NCBI RefSeq assembly: GCF_036365525.1
Contig: NC_090404.1
Span: 12,056,550 to 12,120,549, forward strand
Direction: 5' to 3'
From: Heterodontus francisci
Taxonomy: Eukaryota
DNA: 64,000 bases
Shown here: piece after piece, positions 63,131 through 64,000 of the stretch
Numbering within the stretch: position 1 is the stretch's first letter
Layout of the letters: every line of letters begins with the position of its first letter
Program-made: the position numbers and the translations under genes
The notes under the pieces: model-generated
What the model was told of the DNA's origin: nothing
Seen by the model: the letters and a program-made list of their open reading frames with translations, nothing else
Databases searched by the model: none

Positions 63131-63139
63131 GTCAAGTGA
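63131..63139 (+). CDS. IGHM: IgM exon TM2 (VK-stop, giving the KVK cytoplasmic tail)
   Basis: TCTTTTACAG|GTC AAG TGA. Confidence 0.93.
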   Translation, partial: VK

Positions 63140-64000
63140 ATGATTGAATTTCGGCCGGCCTGGATTTTCCTCATTTTCTAACATCTCTGTATGACCAAAA
63201 AAAGAGGAAACCTGTAAAAGTAGAATACTTTCAGTTTATGGTTCCGAATCTGCAGCTGAGAAAATCATAAACATTAACTTAGTTGTTTTTTTTGAAATGT
63301 ATGAGATAATCGTGGCAATAATGTAAATGTACCTTCGACATTCATGTGTAAATAAGTAACTATTCCTTACTCATAAGTGTTTCCTCTCTTTTATGTTTTC
63401 TCTCTCTCATATGTTACAGTTTTACAGACAGCTGCAGCTCAGACCGCATGTGTTCTGTTCTCAATGTGATGCACAGTTGTTATATTCACTCTTCCTTTTC
63501 TTTTAAAGTCTTCTCTGTAAAATGTTCCTTTTGAAATTGCTAATAAATATTGAACAACAACAAACTTGGACTTTGCTGAATCCTTTACCCCAAGGCCACC
63601 CACACCGCTCTATATTCCCTGTTCCACGTTTTTCCCCTTTCCTGACATCTATTTTGCACCAGTCCGTCTGGTTGCGTTTAAACCCACGGCTCTTCGGTGA
63701 AAGAGCCGCTGCGCCATCCAGAGCCCCATCAGAGTAAAGACACCTTTCCCTCTGCCTCATTGTGACAACCACCAGAGGCAGAAAGACCGCACAGCGACCA
63801 GGAGCACCTCGCTGACTTCCACTATCTTATGTTCTGTCAGAGTCACCTGCCAGGTTATATTAAAGAGCAGCATTCTGCTCTATCACAGATTGATACAGTA
63901 TGGCATAACAAAGAATGCGGTCCCAACAAACTTTTCCAGGACAGGCATGGAAAAGGTTAGATGTCGGAGTAATCTCACTCTGCACTGTCCCATCAAACAC

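Overview
Eukaryotic genomic DNA from a cartilaginous fish. The C-mu exons closely resemble the horn shark Heterodontus IgM heavy chain as I recall it, and the repeats are shark-type HE1/V-SINE, CR1 and Penelope. The right quarter (49.25-63.14 kb, + strand) is a complete, apparently functional, unrearranged IgM heavy-chain minicluster: leader-VH(23-RSS)-D1(12/22)-D2(12/12)-JH(23)-Cmu1-4-secretory tail-TM1-TM2. The left third holds three TCR alpha/delta-type V segments: one intact (+, 7.45-7.95 kb) and two pseudogenes (-, 16.1-17.1 kb and 19.7-20.2 kb). A 311-N gap (46746-47056) lies between the TCR V segments and the IgM cluster. The rest is CR1 and other LINE fragments, a Gmr1-type Gypsy element, Penelope elements with minimal hammerhead ribozymes, V-SINEs, a 27-bp minisatellite and a decayed C2H2 zinc-finger gene. 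Most notable: the intact TCR V with a consensus 23-RSS lies in the same orientation upstream of the IgM D segments, so a TCR-V/IgM chimeric join is RSS-legal. That V is also bracketed by an inverted copy of its own upstream (promoter) region.
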